Notes: generated by a model not told the origin, from the letters alone. 63,416 nucleotides of DNA from Solirubrobacterales bacterium (GCA_040901495.1 JBBDYO010000047.1:1-63416); one strand, 5' to 3'; counted from the stretch's first letter, positions 51,804-61,754 are shown. Numbers and translations are program-made.

Positions 51804-51887
51804 TGCCGGAGGTGGGACTCGAACCCACAAGCCCGTAAGGGCAATCGATTTTGAGCCGATCGCGTATGCCAATTCCGCCACTCCGGC
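51804..51887 (-). tRNA. tRNA-Leu (anticodon CAA)
   Basis: Acceptor GCCGGAG/CTCCGGC+A, anticodon loop CTCAAAA, long variable arm, T-arm GTGGG-TTCGAGT-CCCAC. Confidence 0.9.
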
Positions 51888-51947
51888 GCGGAGCTGAACG
51901 ATAGAGGTCCACAGGGCACTCTCGAGAGGAACTAGACTCGCCGGCGG

Positions 51948-52790
51948 ATGAGGATCCACCACCTCAACTGCGGGACGCTGTGCCCCCATGGTGCGCGGTT
52001 GATCAACGGCGAGGGCGGGCTTTTCGCCCCCGGCAGGATCGTCTGCCACTGCCTGCTGATCGAGGCAGACGACGGACTGGTCCTGCTCGACACCGGCTTC
52101 GGCACCGAGGACATGCGCAACCCGGGCCAGCTCGGCCTGGCCTACTCACTGATGATGCGGCTGCGCCCCGAGCTCGGCGAAACGGCCCTCAAACAGGTCG
52201 AGGCCCTCGGCTTCGCGGCCGGCGACGTACGCCAGATAGTCACGACCCACCTCGACTCCGACCACTCGGGCGGTTTGCCCGACTTCCCCCACGCGGAGGT
52301 GCACGTCCTCGGGACCGAGCTGGATGCAGCGCTGAATCCAGCCATGCGGGAAAAGCCCCGCTACATCGGCGCCCATTGGAAGCACAACCCCAACTGGGTG
52401 CGGCACGCGGTCGAAGGGGATGAGTGGCTCGACTTCGAGGGCGTGCGGATCCTGCCCGACCTCGGCGCCGAAGTCCTGCTGATACCCCTCGCGGGACACT
52501 CCCGCGGCCACACCGGCATCGCGATCAACACCGGTGACGGCTGGCTCCTGCACTGCGGGGACGCCTACTTCAACCACCAGGAGCTCGAGACGCCCGCCTC
52601 CTGCCCGCCGATGCTGCGCCTCTTCCAAGCGCTGCTGTCGAGCGACAACAAGGCCCGCAAGGCGAACCAGGAACGGCTGCGAGAGCTGGCCACTACACGC
52701 GCGGGCGAGGTGACGCTGTTCTGCTCTCACGATCCCCATGAGTTGGAGCGGGAGCAGGCGCAGGCGGGCACCACAGCAGCAACCTGGTGA
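51948..52790 (+). CDS. MBL-fold metallo-hydrolase
   Basis: THLDSDHSGG (HxHxDH-type) motif plus downstream His/Asp ligands. Confidence 0.8.
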   Translation: MRIHHLNCGTLCPHGARLINGEGGLFAPGRIVCHCLLIEADDGLVLLDTGFGTEDMRNPGQLGLAYSLMMRLRPELGETALKQVEALGFAAGDVRQIVTTHLDSDHSGGLPDFPHAEVHVLGTELDAALNPAMREKPRYIGAHWKHNPNWVRHAVEGDEWLDFEGVRILPDLGAEVLLIPLAGHSRGHTGIAINTGDGWLLHCGDAYFNHQELETPASCPPMLRLFQALLSSDNKARKANQERLRELATTRAGEVTLFCSHDPHELEREQAQAGTTAATW

Positions 52791-54760
52791 CTACGACCGC
52801 CCCCGAACCGCTCTGGCAACCGTCCGCCGAGCTCATCGAGCGGGCGCGCCTCACCGAGTACATGCGCTGGCTCGAGGCCGAGCGTGGGCTGCGGTTCGAC
52901 GGCTACCACGAGCTGTGGCGCTGGTCGGTGGACGACCTCGAGGGCTTCTGGTCTTCGATCTGGGAGTTCTTCGACGTCCAGGCCGACGGCGAGCACGAGG
53001 GTGTGCTCGGCAAGCGTGAGATGCCCGGCGCCAGCTGGTTCGCCGGCACCTCTCTCAACTACGCGGAGCACGTCTTCGCCGGTAAGGGCGACGCCGAGAC
53101 GGCGATCCTCCACGCCTCCGAGCTGCGCGAGCTCGACGAGCTGAGCTGGGGAGAGCTGCGCTCCCAGGTCGGCGCCGTCGCGGCGGGGCTGCGCGATCTG
53201 GGGGTCGAGCGCGGCGACCGCGTCGTCGCCTACTTGCCGAACATCCCCGAGGCGATCGTCGCCTTCCTGGCGACCGCGAGCATCGGCGCGATCTGGTCGA
53301 GCTGCTCCCCCGACTTTGGCCCGGCTAGCGTCATCGACCGCTTCGCCCAGATCGAGCCCAAGGTCCTGTTCGCGGTCGACGGCTACCGCTACGGCGGCAA
53401 GGACTTCGACCGCCGCGAGGTGGTCGCCGAGCTGCAAGGGGCGATGCCCAGCCTGGAGGGAACCGTCCTCCTCCCCTACCTCGACCCCGATCCCGACCTC
53501 TCCCCGCTCAGCGACGCAACCACCTGGGGGGAGCTGCTGGCAAGCAGCGAGGGCGAGGAGCCGCGCTTCGAGCGCGTCCCCTTCGACCACCCACTCTGGG
53601 TCCTCTATTCCTCCGGCACCACCGGACTGCCGAAGGCAATCGTCCAGGGCCAGGGGGGCATCTTGCTCGAGCACCTGAAGAAGCTCCACCTCCACGTCGA
53701 CGCCCACCCCGGCGACCGCCTCTTCTGGTTCACGACGACCGGCTGGATGATGTGGAACTTCCTCGTCTCCGGCCTGCTCACCCGCGCCGCGATCGTCCTC
53801 TACGACGGCAACCCGGGCCACCCCGACATGGGCGTCCTCTGGGACCTGGCCGAGCGGGCCGGAGTGACCACGTTCGGGACCAGCGCCTCCTACATCGCCG
53901 CCTGCATGAAGGCCGGGGTCGAGCCCGGCACCGACCGCGACCTCAGCAGCTTGGGGGCGATCGGCTCGACCGGCTCCCCCCTCTCCCCGGAGGGCTTCGA
54001 CTGGATCTACGAGCACCTCGGCGCCGACACCTGGCTCTTCTCGACCAGTGGGGGCACCGACCTCTGCACCGCCTTCGTCGGCGGAGTGGCGCTGCTGCCG
54101 GTCTACCGCGGCGAGCTCCAGGGGCGGGCACTCGGCGCCGCGGTCGAGGCCTGGGACGAGGATGGGAACGCGGTCACGGACAAGGTCGGCGAGCTGGTCG
54201 TCACCGAGCCGATGCCCTCGATGCCGGTCTTCTTCTGGGGCGACGAGGACGGCAGTCGCTATCGCAGCAGCTACTTTGAGATGTTCCCCGGGGTCTGGCG
54301 CCACGGCGACTGGATTGAAGTCACCTCCCGTGGCACGGCGGTGATCTACGGTCGCTCGGACTCGACAATCAACCGCTCCGGCGTGCGAATGGGGACCAGC
54401 GAGATCTACCGCGCCGTGCTCGACGTCGACGAGGTGCTCGACGCATTGGTCGTCGACATCCTCCGTCCCGGCACCGAGGGATGGATGCCGCTCTTCGTGG
54501 TCCTGCGCGAGGGCGTCGAGCTCGACGACGAGCTGCGGCGCGAGATCGCCCGCCGCATTCGCACCCAGTGCTCCCCCCGCCACGTGCCCGACGAGGTCTT
54601 CACGATCGCCGAGGTGCCGCGCACGCTGAGCGGCAAGGCGCTGGAGGTGCCGGTTAAGCGGATCCTGATGGGCACGCCGCTCGAGAAAGCCGCGAGCCGC
54701 GACTCGCTCGCCAACCCCGAGGCACTCGACTGGTTCGTCGAGCTGGCGGAGCGGCTTTAA
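52787..54760 (+). CDS. acetoacetate-CoA ligase (acetoacetyl-CoA synthetase)
   Basis: 657 aa. N-terminus LWQPS ... YMRWLE ... LWRWSVDDLEGFW and the AMP-binding motif YSSGTTGLPK are typical of acetoacetyl-CoA synthetases. Confidence 0.85.
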   Translation: MTTTAPEPLWQPSAELIERARLTEYMRWLEAERGLRFDGYHELWRWSVDDLEGFWSSIWEFFDVQADGEHEGVLGKREMPGASWFAGTSLNYAEHVFAGKGDAETAILHASELRELDELSWGELRSQVGAVAAGLRDLGVERGDRVVAYLPNIPEAIVAFLATASIGAIWSSCSPDFGPASVIDRFAQIEPKVLFAVDGYRYGGKDFDRREVVAELQGAMPSLEGTVLLPYLDPDPDLSPLSDATTWGELLASSEGEEPRFERVPFDHPLWVLYSSGTTGLPKAIVQGQGGILLEHLKKLHLHVDAHPGDRLFWFTTTGWMMWNFLVSGLLTRAAIVLYDGNPGHPDMGVLWDLAERAGVTTFGTSASYIAACMKAGVEPGTDRDLSSLGAIGSTGSPLSPEGFDWIYEHLGADTWLFSTSGGTDLCTAFVGGVALLPVYRGELQGRALGAAVEAWDEDGNAVTDKVGELVVTEPMPSMPVFFWGDEDGSRYRSSYFEMFPGVWRHGDWIEVTSRGTAVIYGRSDSTINRSGVRMGTSEIYRAVLDVDEVLDALVVDILRPGTEGWMPLFVVLREGVELDDELRREIARRIRTQCSPRHVPDEVFTIAEVPRTLSGKALEVPVKRILMGTPLEKAASRDSLANPEALDWFVELAERL

Positions 54761-54772
54761 GCGCTGACGGTG

Positions 54773-54800
54773 CGTTTCCCACACCCCGGTGTGGGAAACG
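54773..54800. terminator. bidirectional hairpin between convergent genes
   Basis: CGTTTCCCACAC-CCCG-GTGTGGGAAACG: perfect 12-bp stem with a 4-nt loop. Confidence 0.6.
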
Positions 54801-54824
54801 AGTCGATCAAAAGCGCCAGTCAGA

Positions 54825-56375
54825 TCAGGCGGGCGTGACTGGGTTACGACGCTCGGCGAAGGAGCGGTCCTTGCTCGCGGCAAGCGCGAAGCGGCGGATC
54901 AGCTCATCGCGCAGGTCCTCGGGCTGGATCACGGCATCGACGACCAGCTCTGAGGCGAGGTGGAGGATGTCGATGTCGGTCGCGTATTCCTCGCGTTTCT
55001 TGGCGACGAATGCCTCCCGCTCCCCCCCGTCCTCGAACTTGGCGATCTGGTTGTAGAAGACAGCGTTGATCGCGGCCTCAGGGCCCATCACCGCGATCGA
55101 GGCGCTCGGCAGCGCGATGCAGCAGTCGGGCTCGAAGGCCGGCCCCGCCATCGCGTAGAGGCCGGCTCCGTAGGCCTTGCGGACGATCACCGAGAGCTTC
55201 GGCACCGTCGCTTCCGAGACGGCGCTGATCATCTTCGCGCCGTGGCGGATGATCCCCTGGCGCTCAACCGCGGTGCCGATCATGAAGCCGGGCACGTCGG
55301 CGAGAAAGAGCAGCGGCACGTTGAAGGCGTTGCAGGTCTGGATGAAGCGCGCCGCCTTGTCGGCGGAATCGACGAACAGCACGCCGCCTTTCTGGCGCGG
55401 CTGGTTGGCGACGACCCCGACGACGCGCCCGTCGAGACGGCCGTAGCCGACGATCAGCTCTTTCGCCCAGCGCTTGTGGACTTCGAGGAATGAGTCGGCG
55501 TCGAGCAGCGAGTCGAGCACCTCGCGCATGTCGAAGGGCTGGTTCTCGTCGGCCGGGAGGATGCCGGCGATCGGCGCCTCGGAGGCGGGCGGGGCCGGCT
55601 CCGCGGTGGGCGGCTGCTCGCCCCAGTTGCCCGGCATGAAGGAGAGGTAGCGCTTGGCGAGGTCGATCGCCTCCTCGTCGGTCTTGGCCAGGAAGTGGCC
55701 GCAACCGGAGGTGCCGGTGTGCATCTTCGCCCCGCCCATCTCCTCCAACGTCACCTTCTCACCGATCACCATCTCGGCCATCCGCGGGGAGCCCAGGTAC
55801 ATCGAGGCGTTGCCCTCGCGCATGATCACGACGTCGCAAAAAGCCGGGATGTAGGCGCCCCCGGCGGCGCTCGGCCCGAAGAGGAGGCAGATCTGCGGAA
55901 CCTGGCCGGAGAGCCGCACCTCGTTGTGAAAGATCCGCCCGGCGCCGCGCCGCCCCGGGAACATCTGGACCTGGTCGGTGATCCGCGCCCCGGCCGAGTC
56001 GACCAGGTAGACCATCGGCACCTGAAGCACCAGCGCCCGCTCCTGGACCCGGAGGATCTTCTCCACCGTCTTCGGCCCCCAGGACCCAGCTTTCACGGTC
56101 GGGTCGTTGGCCATCAGGGCGACCGGGCGCCCGTCGATCGTTGCCAGCCCGGTGACGACGCCGTCGGCGCCGAGCCCCTCCTGGTCCCAGTTGGCGAGCA
56201 GTCCCTCCTCCGTGAAGGAGCCGGGGTCGACCAGGCGCTCGACCCGGTCGCGCACCGGCAGCTTGCCCTGCTCGGCGGTCTTCTCGTGATGGCGCTGCGG
56301 TCCCCCACCGAGGGCGGCCTCGAGCGCCTTTGCGAAGTCGGTCACCGGCGAGAGACTATTTGGCGGCTTGGCCAC
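54825..56375 (-). CDS. acyl-CoA carboxylase carboxyltransferase (beta) subunit, methylcrotonoyl-CoA carboxylase-like
   Basis: 516-aa carboxyl_trans family sequence. Context with HMG-CoA lyase suggests leucine catabolism. Confidence 0.8.
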   Translation of the reverse strand: MAKPPNSLSPVTDFAKALEAALGGGPQRHHEKTAEQGKLPVRDRVERLVDPGSFTEEGLLANWDQEGLGADGVVTGLATIDGRPVALMANDPTVKAGSWGPKTVEKILRVQERALVLQVPMVYLVDSAGARITDQVQMFPGRRGAGRIFHNEVRLSGQVPQICLLFGPSAAGGAYIPAFCDVVIMREGNASMYLGSPRMAEMVIGEKVTLEEMGGAKMHTGTSGCGHFLAKTDEEAIDLAKRYLSFMPGNWGEQPPTAEPAPPASEAPIAGILPADENQPFDMREVLDSLLDADSFLEVHKRWAKELIVGYGRLDGRVVGVVANQPRQKGGVLFVDSADKAARFIQTCNAFNVPLLFLADVPGFMIGTAVERQGIIRHGAKMISAVSEATVPKLSVIVRKAYGAGLYAMAGPAFEPDCCIALPSASIAVMGPEAAINAVFYNQIAKFEDGGEREAFVAKKREEYATDIDILHLASELVVDAVIQPEDLRDELIRRFALAASKDRSFAERRNPVTPA

Positions 56376-57288
56376 GGTGCCAGTCCACCGGGCCGGCCGT
56401 CAGCACGTGAGCGCCGAGCGGGCGCCCGAGCACCTCCTGAGCGGCGCGCGAGGCCTCGATCAGCAGCTCCAGGTCAACGCCGGTCTCGACACCCATCTCA
56501 TGCAGCATCGAGACAACGTCCTCGGTCGAGACGTTCCCGGTCGCCCCTGGCGGCACCGGGCAGCCGCCCAGCTCGCCGAAACTCGACTCGAATGACTCGA
56601 CCCCCTCCTCCAGCGCCGCCAGCACATTCGCCAGGCCCTGGCCGCGGGTGTTGTGGAAGTGAGCCGTCAGCTCGACTCCGGCGAGGCGGTCGCGGGCAGC
56701 GGCGAAGAACTCGTGCACCTGGCGCGGGTTCGCCATTCCGGTCGTGTCGCCGAACCCGACCTCCGCGCAGCCCCCGGCGGTGAGCCGTTCGGCGATCTCG
56801 AAGACGCGCTCCGCCGGCACCTCCCCCTCGTAGGGGCAACCGAAGGAGACCGAGATCACGCCCTCACAGCGCAGGCGGGCCTCGCGGGCGGTGGCGAGCG
56901 TGCGCTCAAGCCCCGCCAGCGACTCCTCGACCGAGCGGTTGACGTTCATTCGGTTGTGGGTCTCCGAGGCGGAGACGAAGACGTTGATCTCGTCGAAGCG
57001 GTCGCGCATCGTGAGCGCCCGCTCCAGCCCCCGCTCGTTGGGGATCAGCACGGAGAAGGCGACGCCATCGCGGCGCTGTACCCCAGCCAACACCTCCTCG
57101 GCATCGGAGAGCTGGGGAATCACATCGGGCCGGACGAAGGAGGTGACCTCGACCCGCTTCAGCCCCGTCGCCGAGAGCAGGTCGATCAGGCGCACCTTGT
57201 CGGCCGTGGAAATAGTCTCCGGCTCGTTCTGAAACCCATCCCGAGGCCCCACCTCACGAATCTGGACGCTGCTCGGCAACACGGTCAT
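56356..57288 (-). CDS. hydroxymethylglutaryl-CoA lyase
   Basis: EVGPRDGFQNE N-terminal motif and HFHNTRGQGLAN metal-ligand motif. Confidence 0.9.
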   Translation of the reverse strand: MTVLPSSVQIREVGPRDGFQNEPETISTADKVRLIDLLSATGLKRVEVTSFVRPDVIPQLSDAEEVLAGVQRRDGVAFSVLIPNERGLERALTMRDRFDEINVFVSASETHNRMNVNRSVEESLAGLERTLATAREARLRCEGVISVSFGCPYEGEVPAERVFEIAERLTAGGCAEVGFGDTTGMANPRQVHEFFAAARDRLAGVELTAHFHNTRGQGLANVLAALEEGVESFESSFGELGGCPVPPGATGNVSTEDVVSMLHEMGVETGVDLELLIEASRAAQEVLGRPLGAHVLTAGPVDWHRGQAAK

Positions 57289-57298
57289 GGACTGGAGA

Positions 57299-57694
57299 CT
57301 AGGTGGCTGGGGAGCCGAGCTGCCCGAAGTCGACGAAGCGGCGCTCGTGGGTGCCGAAGCCGATCGTCCGCTCGCCCTCGACCACCTCGACGTCGAAGCG
57401 GAGCTTGCGCCCGTCGACGATCTCGCGCAGGGTCGCGCGCGCCCGGCAGGTCGCGCCCTCGGCCGCCGCCGCCACGTGCTTGATGCAGACCTCGAAGCCG
57501 ACCGTGGCCCGACCCTCGGGCAGGTGCTCGTAGGCGAGCGCCGTGGCGCTCGCCTCCATCATCGAGATCATCCCGGGGGTCGAGAGGACGCTGGCGCCGA
57601 TCGTGCCGCCGACGCTCGTGACCAGGCGGTCTTCGACCGTGAACTCATCGCTGCGCTCGATCCCGGGGACGAGCGTGGACTCCCGCTCGGCCAT
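57299..57694 (-). CDS. hotdog-fold thioesterase
   Basis: 131 aa from MAERESTLVPG with the pattern TVGFEVCIKHVAAAAEG. The start overlaps the SDR stop by 1 nt. The long 57299-58786 ORF is a frame artefact. Confidence 0.6.
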   Translation of the reverse strand: MAERESTLVPGIERSDEFTVEDRLVTSVGGTIGASVLSTPGMISMMEASATALAYEHLPEGRATVGFEVCIKHVAAAAEGATCRARATLREIVDGRKLRFDVEVVEGERTIGFGTHERRFVDFGQLGSPAT

Positions 57695-58428
57695 CAGACC
57701 ATTCCCAGGCCGCCGCTTACGCCGAGGGTCTCCCCCGTCACGTAGGTGGCGTCGTCGGAAGCGAGGAAGGCGACCGCGGCAGCCACCTCGTCGGGCTGGC
57801 CGAGGCGCTTCATCTGGGTCGTCGCCTTCATCGTCTCGATCACCTTCTCGCCGATCTCGCCGAACTCCTTGGCGCCCATCAGCAGCGGCGTCTCGATCGG
57901 GCCCGGGGCGATCGAGTTGGCGGTGATCCCGTAGCGGGCGTTCTCGCGGGCGATCGCCTTCATGAAGGCGATGACCCCGCCCTTCGTCGCCGAGTACACG
58001 GCCGAGCCCTTGGAGCCGACCCGGCCGGCCTCCGAGGAGATGCTGACGATCCGCCCGTATTTGGCCTCCTGCATGCCCGGCAGCGCCGCGTGGGTGCAGT
58101 TGAAGACGCCGCCGAGGTTGATCGCAAGCAGTCGCTGCCACTGCTCGGGCTTGGTGTAGGTGAAGAAGCCGAACTCGTCGGTGCCGGCGTTGTTGACGAG
58201 GATGTCCAGCGTGCCAGCCGCCTCTACCGCCGCCTGAGCGGACTCCAGATTGGTGACGTCGAGCTCGATGGCGTGGCCGGAGACCTCCCCCGCAACCCGC
58301 TCCGCACCGGCGACATCGATGTCGCCGACCCTGAGCTCGGCGCCCTCGGCGGCGAGCCGCGCGGCGATCGCCGCGCCGATGCCGCTGGCGCCCCCGGTGA
58401 CCAGTGCCTTTCGTCCCTCCAGCCTCAC
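57694..58428 (-). CDS. short-chain dehydrogenase/reductase (FabG-like)
   Basis: TGGASGIGAAIA, NNAG and YSATKGG motifs. Confidence 0.9.
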   Translation of the reverse strand: MRLEGRKALVTGGASGIGAAIAARLAAEGAELRVGDIDVAGAERVAGEVSGHAIELDVTNLESAQAAVEAAGTLDILVNNAGTDEFGFFTYTKPEQWQRLLAINLGGVFNCTHAALPGMQEAKYGRIVSISSEAGRVGSKGSAVYSATKGGVIAFMKAIARENARYGITANSIAPGPIETPLLMGAKEFGEIGEKVIETMKATTQMKRLGQPDEVAAAVAFLASDDATYVTGETLGVSGGLGMV

Positions 58429-58457
58429 AGGCCGCGGAGCATAGACTGGCGCGGTCC

Positions 58458-59144
58458 ATGAGCGAACCGATCCCGATCATCGGCGGCACCGGGGCCCTTG
58501 GCGCGGGCTTGGCACTGCGCTGGGCGAAGGCCGGAGTGCCGATCGTCCTCGGCTCGCGCTCGACCGAGCGGGCCGAGGAAGCGGCGGCGAAGGTCCGCGA
58601 GGCGGTCCCCGGCGCCGAGGTCGAGGGCCTGCTCAACGAGGAGGCGGCAAAGCGCGGTGAGATCGCCTTCCTCACCGTCCCCTTCCGCGCCCAGTCGGAG
58701 AACCTCAACAACCTGCGCGAGGCGCTGCAGCCAGGGCAGATCCTGGTCGACTGCACCGTGCCCCTCGCCGCCGCCGTAAGCGGCAAAGCGACTCGCTCGC
58801 TCGGCGTCTGGCAAGGCTCGGCGGCGCAGCAGGCTCAGGAGATGGTCCCCGAGGGGGTGACGGTGGTCGCCGCCCTGCACACGGTCGGCGCCCCGACCCT
58901 CGCCGAGGCCGACGCGGAGCTGGACGAGGACGTGCTCGTCTGTGGCGATCGCAAGGTCGACAAGGCGCGGGTGGCGCGGCTGATCGAGCTGATCCCCGGC
59001 CTGCGCCCGGTCAACGCCGGGGCGTTGGAGATGGCGCGGATCGTCGAGCAGCTGACCCCGATGCTGATCTCGGTCAACAGTCGTTACAAGGCCCATGCCG
59101 GGATCAGGATCACGGGCCTCCCCGACGCCGACCACTGGGCGTGA
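58458..59144 (+). CDS. NADPH-dependent F420 reductase
   Basis: IIGGTGALGAGLALRWAKAG N-terminus and family-like length, next to cofD/C/E. Confidence 0.75.
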   Translation: MSEPIPIIGGTGALGAGLALRWAKAGVPIVLGSRSTERAEEAAAKVREAVPGAEVEGLLNEEAAKRGEIAFLTVPFRAQSENLNNLREALQPGQILVDCTVPLAAAVSGKATRSLGVWQGSAAQQAQEMVPEGVTVVAALHTVGAPTLAEADAELDEDVLVCGDRKVDKARVARLIELIPGLRPVNAGALEMARIVEQLTPMLISVNSRYKAHAGIRITGLPDADHWA

Positions 59145-59154
59145 GGGAAGCGCG

Positions 59155-60081
59155 ATGAAGGTCGCCCTGCTCGCGGGGGGCACCGGCGGCGCCAAGCTCG
59201 CCGCCGGCATGCAGGAGGAGATCGGCGCCGACCTCTCGGTAATCGCCAACACCGGCGACGACATCGAGATCCTCGGTGTCCACGTCTCCCCCGACCCAGA
59301 CCTCGTCGCCTACTGGCTTTCCGGCGAAATCGACGAGCAACGTGGCTGGGGAATCCGCGACGACACCTTCACCGTCTTCGAGCGGCTCACCAAGATCGGT
59401 GCCCCGAGTTGGTTCAGCCTCTCCGACCGCGACCTCGCTGCCTGCCTCTACCGTCGTCAATTCCTCGAGGAGGGCGGCAGGCTGACCGACGCACAGGCGC
59501 AGATCGCCCGCGCGCTTGGCGTTGCCGCCCAGGTGCTGCCGATGTGCGAGGCGCCGGTCCGCACCCAGGTGATGACCGCGGCCGGGCACCGCGCCCTGCA
59601 GGAGTACCTAATCCTCGACCGGGGAGAGCTAGAGGTGACCGGAGTCGAGCTGGAGGGCATCGAGAAGGCCGAGCCGACCCTCGAGGTCGCCACCGCGCTG
59701 CGCCAGGCGGACGCGATCGTGATCGGCCCCTCGAACCCGGTGATCAGCATCGGGCCGATCCTCGCCGTGCCCGGGATGCGAGAGGCGATCGCCTCCTCGG
59801 GCGCGCCCGTGGTCGCCGTCAGCCCGTTCGTCGCCGGTGAGGTCGTTAAGGGACCGACCGAGCGCTTCATGGCGGCGGTCGGTCGCCCCTCCACCGCCGC
59901 TGGGGTCGCCTCCCTCTACACGGGGTTGATCGACGCGATGGTCGTCGACGACGGCGACCCCGACCCCCCTCCCGAGGAGATCCCGACCCTGGCGGCTCCG
60001 ATCCTGATGGAGGGCGCGGCCGGCCGGGCACGGGTGGCGCGCACGGTGCTCGACTACGTGGCCGAGCTGCCGCGCCGCTAG
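59155..60081 (+). CDS. cofD: 2-phospho-L-lactate transferase (CofD/FbiA)
   Basis: MKVALLAGGTGGAKLA N-terminus, NTGDD motif, 308 aa. Confidence 0.85.
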   Translation: MKVALLAGGTGGAKLAAGMQEEIGADLSVIANTGDDIEILGVHVSPDPDLVAYWLSGEIDEQRGWGIRDDTFTVFERLTKIGAPSWFSLSDRDLAACLYRRQFLEEGGRLTDAQAQIARALGVAAQVLPMCEAPVRTQVMTAAGHRALQEYLILDRGELEVTGVELEGIEKAEPTLEVATALRQADAIVIGPSNPVISIGPILAVPGMREAIASSGAPVVAVSPFVAGEVVKGPTERFMAAVGRPSTAAGVASLYTGLIDAMVVDDGDPDPPPEEIPTLAAPILMEGAAGRARVARTVLDYVAELPRR

Positions 60082-60095
60082 CCTCGCCTAGAGCC

Positions 60096-60737
60096 GTGAA
60101 AGCGACCGCCATCCTTCCCGTGAAGCGCTTCGCCGAGGCGAAGCAGCGCCTCGCGATGGGAGTTGACGACGAGCGCCGCGTGGCGCTGGCGGCGGCGATG
60201 ATGGAAGACGTGCTGGAGGCGATCGGCGAAGCCCGCTCGATCGAGCACACGATCGTCGTCAGCGGCGACCCGCTGGCACAGGAAATCGCCCACTCCGCGC
60301 ACGCGAAGGTGGTCCCGGACCCCGCGGACGAGGGGCACATCGAGGCGGCGCTGGGGGGCATCGCCACAGCCGAGGTGGACGGCGCCGCCTGCGTAGTCCT
60401 CCTCCCCGGCGACTGCCCGCTGCTCGACCCGCGCGAGCTGGACCGGCTGCTGACAGGCGTCCCCGAGCGCTACGTCGCGGTGGTCCCCGACCGACACGGC
60501 ACCGGCACCAACGCATTAGTGCTGTCGCCACCCCGCGCGATCCAACCCGCCTTCGGTGAGGGAAGCTGCGACCGCCACGTCGCCGCGGCGCGCGAGGCGG
60601 GCATCCCCTTCGCCGTCGAGGAGATGAACTCGCTCGCGCTCGACCTCGACACCCCGGCCGACCTCGTCGCGCTCACCCGCCAGCTGGAGGCCCGAGCCGG
60701 CCGGGGGAAGCGCACCGCCAAGGTGCTGGGGCTGTGA
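60096..60737 (+). CDS. cofC: phospholactate/phosphoenolpyruvate guanylyltransferase (CofC/FbiD)
   Basis: ILPVKRFAEAKQRL N-terminus, LPGDCPLL and GTGTNAL motifs. Confidence 0.8.
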   Translation: MKATAILPVKRFAEAKQRLAMGVDDERRVALAAAMMEDVLEAIGEARSIEHTIVVSGDPLAQEIAHSAHAKVVPDPADEGHIEAALGGIATAEVDGAACVVLLPGDCPLLDPRELDRLLTGVPERYVAVVPDRHGTGTNALVLSPPRAIQPAFGEGSCDRHVAAAREAGIPFAVEEMNSLALDLDTPADLVALTRQLEARAGRGKRTAKVLGL

Positions 60738-60747
60738 GCCAGGCGCG

Positions 60748-61503
60748 ATGAGCGAGCCTGGGGAGCTGCGCGTCATCCCGGTCACCGGGCTGCCCGAGTT
60801 CAGCCCCGGGATGCAGGTCGGCGAGCAGGTAGCGACTCACGCCGAGCTCCTCGACGGCGACGTCGTCGTCTGCTCCCAGAAGATCGTCTCTAAGGCCGAG
60901 GGGCGCATCCGCCACCTCTCCTCGGCGATCCCAGGCAGCGAGGCTCGTCGCCTCGCCGCGCTGCTCGGCAAGGAGCCGGCGCTGGTCGAGCTGATCCTTG
61001 CCGAAAGCCGCGAGGTCCTGCGGGCGGAGCGCGATGTGTTGATCACCGAAACGCACCACGGCTTTGTCTGCGCAAACGCCGGCATCGACAGCTCCAACCT
61101 GCCCGAGCCCGACACGGTCGCACTGCTGCCCGAGGACCCCGACGCCTCGGCGCGGCGAATCCGGGCCGAGATCGCTGCCACGACCGGGAAGACCGTCGCC
61201 GCAATCGTCTCCGACAGCTTCGGGCGGGCCTGGCGCCTCGGCCAGGCCGAGGTGGCGATCGGCTGCGCCGGGCTTGAGCCACTCGACGACTGGCGCGGTC
61301 GTCGCGATGCCGGCGGCCGCGAGCTGGAGGCGACGCTGATCGCGATCGCCGACGAGGCCGCTGCAGCCGCCGACCTGGTCCGCGACAAGGCGAGTGGGAT
61401 ACCCGCCGCTGTTATCCGCGGCCTGGAGCGATTCGTCACCGGCGAGGACGGCCCCGGTGCCGCCGCCCTGCGCCGCCCCCCCGACGAAGACCTCTTCCGT
61501 TAG
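60748..61503 (+). CDS. cofE: coenzyme F420-0:L-glutamate ligase, single-domain CofE
   Basis: VVCSQKIVSKAEGR, HGFVCANAGID and SDSFGRAWR motifs. Only 251 aa, with no C-terminal nitroreductase-like domain. Confidence 0.85.
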   Translation: MSEPGELRVIPVTGLPEFSPGMQVGEQVATHAELLDGDVVVCSQKIVSKAEGRIRHLSSAIPGSEARRLAALLGKEPALVELILAESREVLRAERDVLITETHHGFVCANAGIDSSNLPEPDTVALLPEDPDASARRIRAEIAATTGKTVAAIVSDSFGRAWRLGQAEVAIGCAGLEPLDDWRGRRDAGGRELEATLIAIADEAAAAADLVRDKASGIPAAVIRGLERFVTGEDGPGAAALRRPPDEDLFR

Positions 61504-61508
61504 GCCCG

Positions 61509-61697
61509 CTAGTCGTCCTTGTCGCGCCTCAGCGCGTCCTTGACCCGGTCGGCGGCTCCCTCGACGCCCTCGCGTACCTTGCCCACCGCCTGGTCGACCT
61601 TGCCCTCCTGCTTGAGGTCCTTGTCGCCGGTCAGATCGCCCGCGGCCTCCTTCACTCGGCCTTTGGCGTCGTCGGTGTTCTTGATCTCATCGGTCAT
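61509..61697 (-). CDS. CsbD-family stress protein
   Basis: 62 aa with KGRVKEAAGDLTGDKDLKQEGKVDQAVGKV, typical of CsbD. Confidence 0.85.
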   Translation of the reverse strand: MTDEIKNTDDAKGRVKEAAGDLTGDKDLKQEGKVDQAVGKVREGVEGAADRVKDALRRDKDD

Positions 61698-61728
61698 GGC
61701 TTCCTTTCGTCGCTATCTCGGGATAGCT

Positions 61729-61754
61729 ACCCACGCCAGCGGGTCTGACACCGA
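61729..61754 (-). promoter_or_regulatory. putative SigB/SigF-type promoter upstream of csbD
   Basis: The minus strand reads GGTGT-N15-GGGTAG about 30 nt upstream of the csbD ATG, compared with GGTTT-N15-17-GGGTAT. Confidence 0.35.

Noticed and set aside
57299-58786. 495-aa ORF spanning the thioesterase and SDR region.
   Set aside because: Only its last 131 codons look like a real protein (hotdog thioesterase). The rest is out of frame over the clearly motif-bearing SDR gene (57694-58428).
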